From the NCBI GenBank assembly GCA_030150405.1, contig JASLFU010000039.1, forward strand, positions 182-64,181: a stretch of DNA of 64,000 nt, written 5' to 3'. Under the pieces are notes generated by a model. It was not told where the DNA came from. It saw nothing but the letters and a program-made list of their open reading frames with translations, and did not search any database. Positions 53,760 through 62,914 of the stretch are shown piece by piece. Made by a program: the position numbers and the translations under genes. Within the stretch, counting starts at the first letter, position 1, and each line of letters opens with the position of its first letter. Source of the DNA: Ignatzschineria sp. Its GTDB lineage: Bacteria > Pseudomonadota > Gammaproteobacteria > Cardiobacteriales > Wohlfahrtiimonadaceae.

Positions 53760-54155
53760 CATTAACAAGTCGCTATAAAACTATTACAGTTTGACTCCGC
53801 TCCTTACAGCTTACACTTATCAAGAAGCGTAAATATTTGTAAGTCGCCCATAAAGAGTAACTGAAACAGTGCCTATTTTATAGCCCTTTTATCAAGAAAT
53901 GTTGAAATTTAAATAGTAAATTTTTAAATCAGAGAAAATAATTTTTTAAATGAAGCTTATTTTTAACCTCGTTGTGGGGAATTCTCTATATTTTTATGTG
54001 TATAAGACAGCCTTCCCATTTTAGTAAATGACAATTTACCCGTCTCAAACAACAAACTATGAAAATCTTATACACATCAAAATCCAATATTAAATTACCT
54101 AAAACGACAAAAAATAATACAATAACAATTACTTAATAGCTGCCCTTTAAAAAAA

Positions 54156-54437
54156 ATGGTACTTAAGCTTATGAAGCAAAAAGAACATAACATAGAATCG
54201 TTAAAATCCACATTAAACCAACTACAACTTGAGAAAGAAAAAGCCCAACTAATAAAAGATATAGCCAAGCTGAAAAAAACAAAGGTCAAAAAAAGGAGCG
54301 GTTTTTTTAAAACAATTCTAAAGATAATAAATGTTGTGCTTTTTGTTCTCCTTTTTCTAATTGGTTACGTACTGCTAAAAGAAGCAAATCAATATTACGT
54401 ACGGCAATATATTCACGAGAACATATATGGAAGATAA
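54156..54437 (+). CDS. Small hypothetical membrane protein (coiled-coil plus one TM helix)
   Basis: 93 aa; charged N-terminus then IINVVLFVLLFLIGYVLL; overlaps the next gene. Confidence 0.55.
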   Translation: MVLKLMKQKEHNIESLKSTLNQLQLEKEKAQLIKDIAKLKKTKVKKRSGFFKTILKIINVVLFVLLFLIGYVLLKEANQYYVRQYIHENIYGR

Positions 54438-54744
54438 TCAGAAAAATCGAAAGCCAGCAACGATTGAAGAAATCGAACTTTTAAAGGCTGAAAAAGAAAA
54501 GTTATTAGCAGAGATAGATATAAAAACTCTCGAACTCGAAATAAATGAACTCACAGATCAAGATATACCGCTTGGAAAGTTCCATGCTTCCATGGCTATC
54601 GTTTTTCCCATTTACGGTTATATCTTTTTTATTTTTGAAGTCTTTAAAAAGCGCTCCAGAAAAAGAGCTTTTAAAGCCCTAAAATTCGCTATCATATCCG
54701 AAGTTATTCGCCTTCTAATACTTTGGGTTCTATTCTTAATTTAA
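54427..54744 (+). CDS. Small hypothetical membrane protein (coiled-coil plus two TM helices)
   Basis: 105 aa; GAG before the ATG; two hydrophobic segments. Confidence 0.6.
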   Translation: MEDNQKNRKPATIEEIELLKAEKEKLLAEIDIKTLELEINELTDQDIPLGKFHASMAIVFPIYGYIFFIFEVFKKRSRKRAFKALKFAIISEVIRLLILWVLFLI

Positions 54745-54755
54745 ACCCATAAAAA

Positions 54756-55208
54756 TCAAATGCGACTTGACTCTCTAGAGCTTGGAACTATCCCTAAAAA
54801 TATAACAAATAAGAGAGTAATGAGGGATGCGGAAAAATGCACTATATCAGGAAAAACATAGCTTTGATTTTTATGAAAAAAATAATCATACAAAAAAGCC
54901 CCTTCCCTTATTGTAAAAATCATCTTGAATTGAGTTAGAAGCCACGGAGCATAAGTGATTAAATATGGGCCTAAAAATAAACCTATGATATAGGGGTTTC
55001 GAGTAAAATCTTTAGCTCTAGCATAAATAAGTAAAATACCTGCAATAAATACGAATGTTTCAAAAGGAATAATAATTAACTCAAGTAAATATAATAATAT
55101 TTTGCTCTCGGAAAACATTATTATTCCAACTATTGCTGCCCATATAAGCTGTAATAAAATATAACCTATTAGGTACAACCAATATTTTTTTCTGCTTAAA
55201 CTACCCAT
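54756..55208 (-). CDS. Hypothetical inner-membrane protein (DUF805-like)
   Basis: G.LSRKKYW N-terminus, R..D after TM2, L..P near the C-terminus; AGGAGG RBS. Confidence 0.6.
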   Translation of the reverse strand: MGSLSRKKYWLYLIGYILLQLIWAAIVGIIMFSESKILLYLLELIIIPFETFVFIAGILLIYARAKDFTRNPYIIGLFLGPYLITYAPWLLTQFKMIFTIREGAFLYDYFFHKNQSYVFPDIVHFSASLITLLFVIFLGIVPSSRESSRI

Positions 55209-55254
55209 ATTTCCTCCTATTAGAATATATATACATATATTTCAATTAAATAGC

Positions 55255-55285
55255 AAAATCCCCAGAACTCTAAGAGCTGGGGATT
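55255..55285 (-). terminator. Probable terminator downstream of the Avs1 operon
   Basis: AATCCCCAG..CTGGGGATT stem with a short U-tract on the - strand. Confidence 0.55.
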
Positions 55286-55330
55286 GGTCAAGCAAAAGTA
55301 TGGTGTTTATTGTCGAATTTCAAATAACGT

Positions 55331-55443
55331 GAAATCAGATTATGTGCTTTTTAGGGGTGTTTCATCAATTATGAGATGTTTATATTGTTTAAAAATCTCA
55401 TAATTGATGAAACGGTTTGAATGAAATCTCATAATCTATGAAA
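55331..55443. repeat. Symmetric cluster of 18-19-bp repeats (perfect IR plus outer degenerate copies)
   Basis: GTTTCATCAATTATGAGAT 55359-55377 / ATCTCATAATTGATGAAAC 55395-55413; direct copy ATCTCATAATCTATGAAA 55426-55443; partial copy 55331-55346. Confidence 0.8.
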
Positions 55444-55509
55444 TACTTTGAACATTATTTATCTGATATAGGGAAGCTTTGTTAAATGAATAATATATTC
55501 TTCTCCTGA

Positions 55510-55770
55510 TCACTCTAACTCTAGATCCTGATCCATAAAGTTTTGTGCTGACATGTTCATCTGCAATCTTGCATGTTCATCAACACTAAGGAAGTCTAAA
55601 CGCCTATTTGGAGTAGATACCAACTTAGTTAAACTATATTTAATCCTAAAGTCATTAGGTAGGCTCAATTTACCACTTCGTAATTGCTCTATTAAAAGAT
55701 GGCTGTTTCTTTCCATTTCAATCCTAGAACGGGGTGTTTTCATAGGTGTCATGAAGTTAGATAGATTCAT
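55510..55770 (-). CDS. avs1c: AVAST type I small protein Avs1c-like (copy 2)
   Basis: TP.SR.E.ERN.HLL.E..PNRRLDFLSVDE.ARLQ.NM; last gene of the MBL-protease/STAND operon; ATGA overlap. Confidence 0.75.
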   Translation of the reverse strand: MNLSNFMTPMKTPRSRIEMERNSHLLIEQLRSGKLSLPNDFRIKYSLTKLVSTPNRRLDFLSVDEHARLQMNMSAQNFMDQDLELE

Positions 55771-56012
55771 TCTTGTTCCTCCTTCTGGTCAGACATATTA
55801 TTGAGCATAACGAATAGCGCTCGTAATGATTCATCAATAGTTAGAAGATCGATACGCCTATTTGGTGAGAACCGAACTTTTTTTATACTCTCTACAGTCC
55901 TTGGGGTTTCTGTACTAAAGTATATCTTTTGATTATTTAGTGCTTCCGCTAATAAATGACATCTTCTTTCGAATTCATAACGATTTTTAGGGGGTTCACT
56001 CAACTCCATCAT
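55767..56012 (-). CDS. avs1c: AVAST type I small protein Avs1c-like (copy 1)
   Basis: P..R.EFERR.HLL.E..PNRRIDLLTIDES.R; visibly paralogous to the adjacent gene; ATGA overlap with the STAND gene. Confidence 0.72.
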   Translation of the reverse strand: MMELSEPPKNRYEFERRCHLLAEALNNQKIYFSTETPRTVESIKKVRFSPNRRIDLLTIDESLRALFVMLNNMSDQKEEQE

Positions 56013-59000
56013 TCTCTATCCCCTTTTAATACATAATTAATTAAGAGGAAGTTATTCTGATTCATTTTCAGATATAAAATCTCATTTACTGCTGGGGTTC
56101 GCAACATCATATATGAGTGAGAATTTTGTGGCATTAGGCTCTCAAAATCATTTAACTGCTTTGTAGTAATGCCGCATGATAATTGCAATTTTTCTTCTAC
56201 TGGTTCCCAATCTGATTGATCCCAAACATTTAATTGTCGTAGATTAGGGAATGGATTATCACGAAATAATGGATCTTTAACGATAGGCAATTTCAATAAT
56301 TTTTCTAGCAGATTATCGACCTCCATAGACACATTTTCTGCATGAAATAACACTCCATATATATTTTTAGCCAATTCGATATATTGGCTATTTGGCTCAC
56401 CACTCTGCTTATGTAGAAAAGCCAACGTTTGAAGGTGATTTGTAATAATTGTTAAATGCTTTGCATCCAATAGAGTGTTAAATTTTTCTAAAGATATCGC
56501 TTGCTCTACTACTGATGGATTATTCTTAGCTATTTTAGAAATAATTCCTGAACATACTTCTGCTGAGTATTTATGATATTTCTCAATTGAATATTGAAAT
56601 ATTAAAGGCAAATATAGCTCAGGGTATTGTGAAGTAAATATACTAATAAGGTTATATGCTCTGATTCGCATTGATGGATCAGGAGACTCTAGAAGAGGTA
56701 GAATTAATTCTTGAACTATTCGATGATTTTCTGATAGATCAGTATTTATTAAGTTCAAAAAATTATAAGCATGATAAATCTCCTCATCAGGATTAACAAT
56801 TACTTCAATATGTTCAATTAATAATTCATATAACTCTCTTTTTAATTCACTGGATAAGAAGCCCTCTTGATCTGCAAACTTCATTATTAATCCATATACA
56901 ATTCCCCAAAAAGGCTCATATCGTTCACTCAAGATTAAATTTGATAGTACTTTGATGAGCTGAGATGGATCTTCAGAAAGTTTGATTATTTCATTAAATA
57001 CTTGGTGACTATCTGGATCATTCCTTTCATCCCAAATACCCCAACCTGCATTTTGCTTTTCTTGCAGAGCTTGAACGAAAAATGATATAGCTTGAGAAGA
57101 GTTTTCTATATCCAACTCTTCTACAGCTTTTTGTTTTAACTCATCAAAGCGTCTTATACCAGATCGCTTACCAAATGTACCAGGAAAATATAGTGCATCC
57201 TCATCCATTTCATTCTTCGAATTAGTATCATTAGATAAATTTAATTCTTTATTAGCAGATGAATTAGAGTTGGCTAAATCTAATGTCTTTTCATTGACTT
57301 GTATTTTTTTAGTAAAAATAAATCTAGCAAACTCAGCACGTTGATCCTCTGGTATTAACTCGTTAGAAATATAATCTAAACGTTTTTGAAAGAACTCAAT
57401 ATCTGTAGCATTGCCATCATCTTTTATATTATTTAAAATTTGAAGAAATAATTTAGCAAAATCTCCTAAGTACCTAGGATCTCCCAATAAATATAATTCT
57501 AGGAGCATCCATTTACTAGAGTTGTCGATATTACAGGTATTTTCTAAAATATTTAAAATAGCTCTTTGCGAATCTATATAATTAAATCCGCGATCATAAC
57601 CCTGACCTCTATCCAGTTGATCAATTTGTTTTCTGTGTCTTCTTTCAAAAATTAAGGATAAGTCTTCAGGTATAGTTTGATTTTTGAAATACGAAATTGC
57701 CGTTGAGAGTTTATTTTTCTTACATAAGTTTCCTATAAAATCTTCTTTTACCGTACGGACATATCTCTGAAAAGTCATTTCACCAGAAGCAAAATCTAAT
57801 ATCCCTGCTATTTTGGTAATATCCCATTCTATCTCTTCTGATTGGATTAATTTAAGACTAGCATCTATTAATGCAAGTTGTGCTTCCTTATACCATGAAG
57901 GCCCCATTGACGTATCCAATAACTCTTGGAAAACTTCAGATGATTTACTACTATTTCCCAAATGATTATATTGAGTAGCAATATAAAATAGCTCAGGCGT
58001 TCTTTCCCAACGATTTTGGACACCGAGAAGCACATGTTCTTCTAACATTTTTAAAACTTGAAAGGTTAATTTTTTGTTTTGTATATCTTTGGGTAAGATG
58101 TCCAAAACTGAGTGAATTACCGCTCTGAATCCCTCAGTGTATATACCTAGTTGTTCAGTCTGCCCATGATCTAATAAAAACTGCAAAAACAATGGAATTT
58201 TATCAGGCGTATAATCAACAAGAATTTCTGTAATTTTTCTGTAAATCTCAGGGAGAAGGATCTCTGGAATATGATATCCTCTTTCAAAATTTGCCCGTTG
58301 CTTCAATTTAAATTTTAGTGACTCAAAAAGACTTTTCAAAATATCTTCTGTTATCAGTTCTAATGGATCTGACATTGTTTGCAATCGCCAAGCTTTTCCC
58401 TTTAATTTACCAAGATAGCGTAGTATTTGAGAGAAATAATCTTCCCACTCTTCTGAAGAAGTCTCATAAGAATGATGAAATGGAATTGTTAACTCAAGCT
58501 CACTAATGTCTTTTCTTTTATCTGTGAATCCTTCTATGCACCCTTTCTGAAAATTTGCTCCTACCCAATCAATATTTACATCAACGCCATTTGATTGACG
58601 TAATGGTGGGATTTTGCTTGGAGACAATGCCTTAATAATCTTTTCTAAATATGTCGTTTTAATAATTGCTCCAGTTAATAGATCAAATAACATTTGAGCT
58701 GTCTCAGGATCAATTGGTTCGTTTAAATATTTCGACAAAACAAAGCTTAAGTCTTCTAGCAAAAGAGATTTATCTACAGTCTTCGTCTCCAATCTCTCAT
58801 CTATTGTACATGTATAATAAGCATGAGCTAAAGCAAAAACCCCTCCATCAATAGGCATATCTTTCGATAACAATTCATTTATAGTTGATTTAGAAGATAC
58901 ATAGTCATTCCTTAAAAAAAGTATTTTCCCTTTGTTATAGCCTACTAAATAAGAAAGAAGTTGCTGACCATCTTGTGGATTAATCCCTGTCTCAAGTAAG

Positions 59001-61234
59001 AGACTTATTATCAACTCAATTAGCCTATTAGAATTCTGAAAAGGAGATTCCGAAAAAGCCACTTCAATTGTCTTAGACTTGAAGTAGTTAACTATAGACT
59101 TAATAGCGACACCGTTAGGATCACCAATCTGATTAAAAAAATGATTACCTATCAATTCACCCAAAACTTCAGCGCTTTTAGGGTCATCATTTTGATAAAA
59201 ATAACTTTGATAGTATAAAAGCATCTCATGTGAAACTAATGCAGTGTTATACCTAATAAGATAAGGGATAATCTTTATTTGTTGATTACTACTTATTAAG
59301 AAGTTAACGATTTCTGCTGTACTCAAAGTAAAAACATCATTATATCTAAAACTAATTCTCTGCTTTAATAGCAATAATCTAAGAGAGTGATAGATATTCC
59401 CTGTCTTCAAAGCATAAGTTAAGACAAGATCCAGGTCGTTAAGAATTAAATCTGGTTCAAGAAACTCTACAGCACATCTATCCGCCCACTGTTGGTGACA
59501 AAAATCTAATGCTTCTTCCTTGCGATCATCTGACGCTAATAATAGATGCCATAAAATATTTCTTCGACTATACGAATTTTCTACAGAACTCTTACAAAAA
59601 AGAGCGATATTTTCATGATAGTTTTCATCAGATAGCTGAGTCTTTTTATCAATAAATTGCTTAATGGAAGAATGATAAGGATATATTTCATCTGAAGAGA
59701 CTAAAATATGCCCTAATTCTTGGATTAACCTATTTGCCTTATGTTTATAATTATCTGGTAACAAATGCACTAATGTTTCAGGATCAATGCTCTCTCTAAG
59801 ACGAACAATAAGTGATATAAAGTATGAATGATCATCTCGACCTTCAATTGTCTGCCATAGATATTCATAATATGCTTCTATCTCACCATCAATTTTTGGC
59901 AATGTTATCAACCATTTTCTTATCTGATCTTCATCTGTAATATCAAAATTATTTTTAATATAACTAATCAAATAATGAAGATAGAGAGGATAGAGATCTG
60001 ATTGGACAATAATCTCATCCTGCAAAGAATAAGATAATTCAGGAAGCTCTTCTTGTAGCCATCGCCTACATTCATCTTGAGATAAAAATGTTAAAGCTAC
60101 TTCATTATTACTTATCTTTGTTTGTAGCACTCTTGAAAGTGAGTTTTTTGTTTGGCCACTAAACGCAATAATAATATTGTCTGGTAGACTCTCAGGAAAA
60201 AAATCATAAAACTTTAAATCCTCAACTTCATCTACTCCGTCAATACATATTATTAAATTTTTATTTTCTAACCCTACCTTAGCTGAAGTTTGGCTAAATA
60301 GATTCTCTATCTGAGTAATCGCGTCTATATGGCTGATATTCTGTTTACTTGGAAGAGTTTCATGAACATAAATATATAAGCGTTCAATCAACCAAAGAGC
60401 TAGATTCTGAGGTGTTTTATTTATAACGACTCTATTTTCTTCACCCTTCTTTCGAACAAAATATTTAAGAAAATAAGTATCACTGAATTCTTCTTCCGTT
60501 AAACTATCGATAAATGTTGTTTTACCTGAGCCTGGCTTACCACTAAGAAAAACATACCCTGAGGTTAATTGATCAACCTTTTCTTTAAAATCAGATAATG
60601 AAGCTTGATTAATAACTGTTTCACTCTTAGCTTTTTCTTGATTATCAGTACCGATTTCTATACTATTTTCTTGCAGAAATGCCACCAAAGAGCTAACACT
60701 ATTCGCACCAATTGAATTCTGACTATCTAGCGCCTCAACAATAACACCAACAACAGCCTCACCAATAATGAGCGGACTGCCAGAAAAACCGTCTAGTGAT
60801 TGCACTTGATTATAGTCCAGGTCTATCTCATAGCGATTTCTTTCTAATCTGATATCAACAAGTGAGACTTCCCCATGAATATGCGCCCCTGCATCAACTT
60901 TAGCCTCTGGATAACCAAAAGTAGCCCAAGATTCACCTATTCGTATCGCTTTTGCTAGTAATTTAAGAGGCTTAATATCACTTAGCTCCTCGCTACTATT
61001 GTCTATTTTTAAAATAGCAATATCCAGATCAAAATTATCAGCGATACATACAGCTGTAAGTGTTTTATGATTTCTTGTCGTAATTGTAGCCTCCATAGAA
61101 GCAAGATCTGCTTCTATGGAGCTGATGACATGACGGGCCGTTAAGATTAAGTTATGACTAACAAAAAAGCCACTCCCCTTTTCATCTTGTGATTCAACCT
61201 GAACAATGCTGTCTATAAGGTGTGCTGATATCAT
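56009..61234 (-). CDS. avs1b: AVAST type I trypsin-like protease-STAND NTPase (Avs1b-like)
   Basis: Protease triad LTARH / DIAIL / GFSGSP; Walker A GKPGSGKT; Walker B IICIDGVDE; long helical C-terminus (1741 aa). Confidence 0.85.
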   Translation of the reverse strand: MISAHLIDSIVQVESQDEKGSGFFVSHNLILTARHVISSIEADLASMEATITTRNHKTLTAVCIADNFDLDIAILKIDNSSEELSDIKPLKLLAKAIRIGESWATFGYPEAKVDAGAHIHGEVSLVDIRLERNRYEIDLDYNQVQSLDGFSGSPLIIGEAVVGVIVEALDSQNSIGANSVSSLVAFLQENSIEIGTDNQEKAKSETVINQASLSDFKEKVDQLTSGYVFLSGKPGSGKTTFIDSLTEEEFSDTYFLKYFVRKKGEENRVVINKTPQNLALWLIERLYIYVHETLPSKQNISHIDAITQIENLFSQTSAKVGLENKNLIICIDGVDEVEDLKFYDFFPESLPDNIIIAFSGQTKNSLSRVLQTKISNNEVALTFLSQDECRRWLQEELPELSYSLQDEIIVQSDLYPLYLHYLISYIKNNFDITDEDQIRKWLITLPKIDGEIEAYYEYLWQTIEGRDDHSYFISLIVRLRESIDPETLVHLLPDNYKHKANRLIQELGHILVSSDEIYPYHSSIKQFIDKKTQLSDENYHENIALFCKSSVENSYSRRNILWHLLLASDDRKEEALDFCHQQWADRCAVEFLEPDLILNDLDLVLTYALKTGNIYHSLRLLLLKQRISFRYNDVFTLSTAEIVNFLISSNQQIKIIPYLIRYNTALVSHEMLLYYQSYFYQNDDPKSAEVLGELIGNHFFNQIGDPNGVAIKSIVNYFKSKTIEVAFSESPFQNSNRLIELIISLLLETGINPQDGQQLLSYLVGYNKGKILFLRNDYVSSKSTINELLSKDMPIDGGVFALAHAYYTCTIDERLETKTVDKSLLLEDLSFVLSKYLNEPIDPETAQMLFDLLTGAIIKTTYLEKIIKALSPSKIPPLRQSNGVDVNIDWVGANFQKGCIEGFTDKRKDISELELTIPFHHSYETSSEEWEDYFSQILRYLGKLKGKAWRLQTMSDPLELITEDILKSLFESLKFKLKQRANFERGYHIPEILLPEIYRKITEILVDYTPDKIPLFLQFLLDHGQTEQLGIYTEGFRAVIHSVLDILPKDIQNKKLTFQVLKMLEEHVLLGVQNRWERTPELFYIATQYNHLGNSSKSSEVFQELLDTSMGPSWYKEAQLALIDASLKLIQSEEIEWDITKIAGILDFASGEMTFQRYVRTVKEDFIGNLCKKNKLSTAISYFKNQTIPEDLSLIFERRHRKQIDQLDRGQGYDRGFNYIDSQRAILNILENTCNIDNSSKWMLLELYLLGDPRYLGDFAKLFLQILNNIKDDGNATDIEFFQKRLDYISNELIPEDQRAEFARFIFTKKIQVNEKTLDLANSNSSANKELNLSNDTNSKNEMDEDALYFPGTFGKRSGIRRFDELKQKAVEELDIENSSQAISFFVQALQEKQNAGWGIWDERNDPDSHQVFNEIIKLSEDPSQLIKVLSNLILSERYEPFWGIVYGLIMKFADQEGFLSSELKRELYELLIEHIEVIVNPDEEIYHAYNFLNLINTDLSENHRIVQELILPLLESPDPSMRIRAYNLISIFTSQYPELYLPLIFQYSIEKYHKYSAEVCSGIISKIAKNNPSVVEQAISLEKFNTLLDAKHLTIITNHLQTLAFLHKQSGEPNSQYIELAKNIYGVLFHAENVSMEVDNLLEKLLKLPIVKDPLFRDNPFPNLRQLNVWDQSDWEPVEEKLQLSCGITTKQLNDFESLMPQNSHSYMMLRTPAVNEILYLKMNQNNFLLINYVLKGDRE

Positions 61235-61243
61235 AAAACTCTC

Positions 61244-62461
61244 CTAAAATATATATTCTTCCATTTCTTCAGCAACTAAAACATTATACTGATAATCCCT
61301 CATAAGATCTTGATTATTAAAAAGATGATATGCTCGATGCTTATAATTAAAAATTATTTTTCTTAAATTACTAGTTGGTCTATTAACTATTCTTGCCAAG
61401 GTTTCCAAATCAGGATGTTCAAACTTCTTACTATTTGTCGAAATAAAATAGTAATCTGAATCGACAAGCGCTAAAAGCTGTGGCGAAGTATTACTTTTAG
61501 AACCATGATGCGATACTTTAATAGCATCAAACCAAACTACTTCTTCTGAATATATCTTTTTAAGAGATTCTTCAATAATAGAAGGGTGAGAATCACCCAA
61601 GAACAGAATTTTTCGGCCATCATACTCTAAAACAAAAGATATTGAACTACCATTAGTAACGCTTGTATCCTCTTTAAATTCCTTATTAGACAGAAAATCA
61701 ATATCGAGTTTGGTAGCAGAAATACTTTTCTGGCTTTCTATTCCTTCATTTTCTCGAGATACTGAAAACTCAAATGCATCATCATAGAAAAGATCAATTT
61801 CTTCTTTACCTATATGTCCTAGCTTTCGCAATTCACTCAACCAATATTTTCTTAGATCCTCTAACTTTTGCAGACTAGGTGAGAGTAATACCAATTTAAT
61901 CTTTTCTGTTAATTGAACTACGGACTGGTTATCAATAACTACTGCTTCTCCATTAAATTGAGCATTCCAATTATATCCACCTTTCTTAATTAAACTAGCT
62001 AAAGATGAGCCTTGTTTGGCACTAATACTCTGTTGACTTTTCTCTTCCACTAAAGGATAACCTAATGCATCTAAACGCCTTACAGCTATTTTATTTCTAT
62101 TTTGTGCTCTAAGTGAAATACTATTTTCTGTTTCAGGATGAATATGACGATAACTATTATGCCAAATATTTTTTATTCTTATAACATTTGCTTGTTCATT
62201 ACTAACATTCTCTTCTAAAAGCCGTATAGCACCAGAAATATGATCCGCATCAATATGTGTAATAACTAATAAATCTAATACTTCTCCGTTATTATCCAAC
62301 TCCAACAGTTTTGGTTTTAAATATTGATTAAAAGTAGTTATAAACCCCGTATCAATTAAAATATTAATTTTTTCATTAAAAAATTGAACAAAAAAACTGT
62401 CCCCATATAAAGCAGGATTCGTCGTGATTGCTATTGCTTTCTTCTGCTTATCTTTCATCAA
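61244..62461 (-). CDS. avs1a: AVAST type I MBL-fold metallo-hydrolase/nuclease (Avs1a-like)
   Basis: GDSF, LIDTG, THIDADHI.G, N.SSI, LGDSH, KVSHHGS..N, HP ComEC-like MBL motifs; directly upstream of the protease-STAND gene. Confidence 0.85.
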   Translation of the reverse strand: MMKDKQKKAIAITTNPALYGDSFFVQFFNEKINILIDTGFITTFNQYLKPKLLELDNNGEVLDLLVITHIDADHISGAIRLLEENVSNEQANVIRIKNIWHNSYRHIHPETENSISLRAQNRNKIAVRRLDALGYPLVEEKSQQSISAKQGSSLASLIKKGGYNWNAQFNGEAVVIDNQSVVQLTEKIKLVLLSPSLQKLEDLRKYWLSELRKLGHIGKEEIDLFYDDAFEFSVSRENEGIESQKSISATKLDIDFLSNKEFKEDTSVTNGSSISFVLEYDGRKILFLGDSHPSIIEESLKKIYSEEVVWFDAIKVSHHGSKSNTSPQLLALVDSDYYFISTNSKKFEHPDLETLARIVNRPTSNLRKIIFNYKHRAYHLFNNQDLMRDYQYNVLVAEEMEEYIF

Positions 62462-62482
62462 ATTCCTTAACTACTATAATTT

Positions 62483-62914
62483 TTATAATAAATTTCGAAA
62501 TCCACAATCTTTTCCTTCCAATTCCCAGTCAAATAACACCGAGCTTAAAATTGACTGTGGATGCTCTCTTAATCGATTGAACGGCTTGATTGGATAATCA
62601 TTATCTAGATAAAACTCAATCCGTTGCTTCAAGATACTAATGGTTAATCGCCCTGCAAATCGTTTCGTTAAATCCTGTTTCTGATAACTCTCTGTGCTTC
62701 GTTTAACAGCTTGATAGATTAAATTATGCATTTATGCAACAGAAAAATGTGCTAATCCTTGAAGCATCACCGCTCTTGTTCCCTCCGCATAATTAAAATC
62801 AAATCGCTGTTTTTTTAAGCTTAAAATCTAAATATCGTATGCATTCTCTTATAGCAACTTCATAACATAGGGATTCATTCATCTCCCTATAAGTAGTCTG
62901 TGAATGATCTAAAT
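62483..62914 (-). pseudogene. 3' remnant of a hypothetical gene truncated by IS481, with a frameshift and an internal stop
   Basis: The 82-aa ORF extends upstream through an in-frame TAA (62732-62734) and a frameshift at T7 (62810-62816) up to the IS end. Confidence 0.55.

Noticed and set aside
53996..54010. ATGTGTATAAGACAG resembles the Tn5/Nextera mosaic end (AGATGTGTATAAGAGACAG)
   Set aside because: Imperfect match (lacks a GA and the leading AG), single copy in AT-rich DNA; probably chance, though read inspection would exclude an adapter artefact
55331..55443. Repeat cluster as a mini-CRISPR array
   Set aside because: Copies are in mixed orientation, spacers are too short, and no cas genes are present
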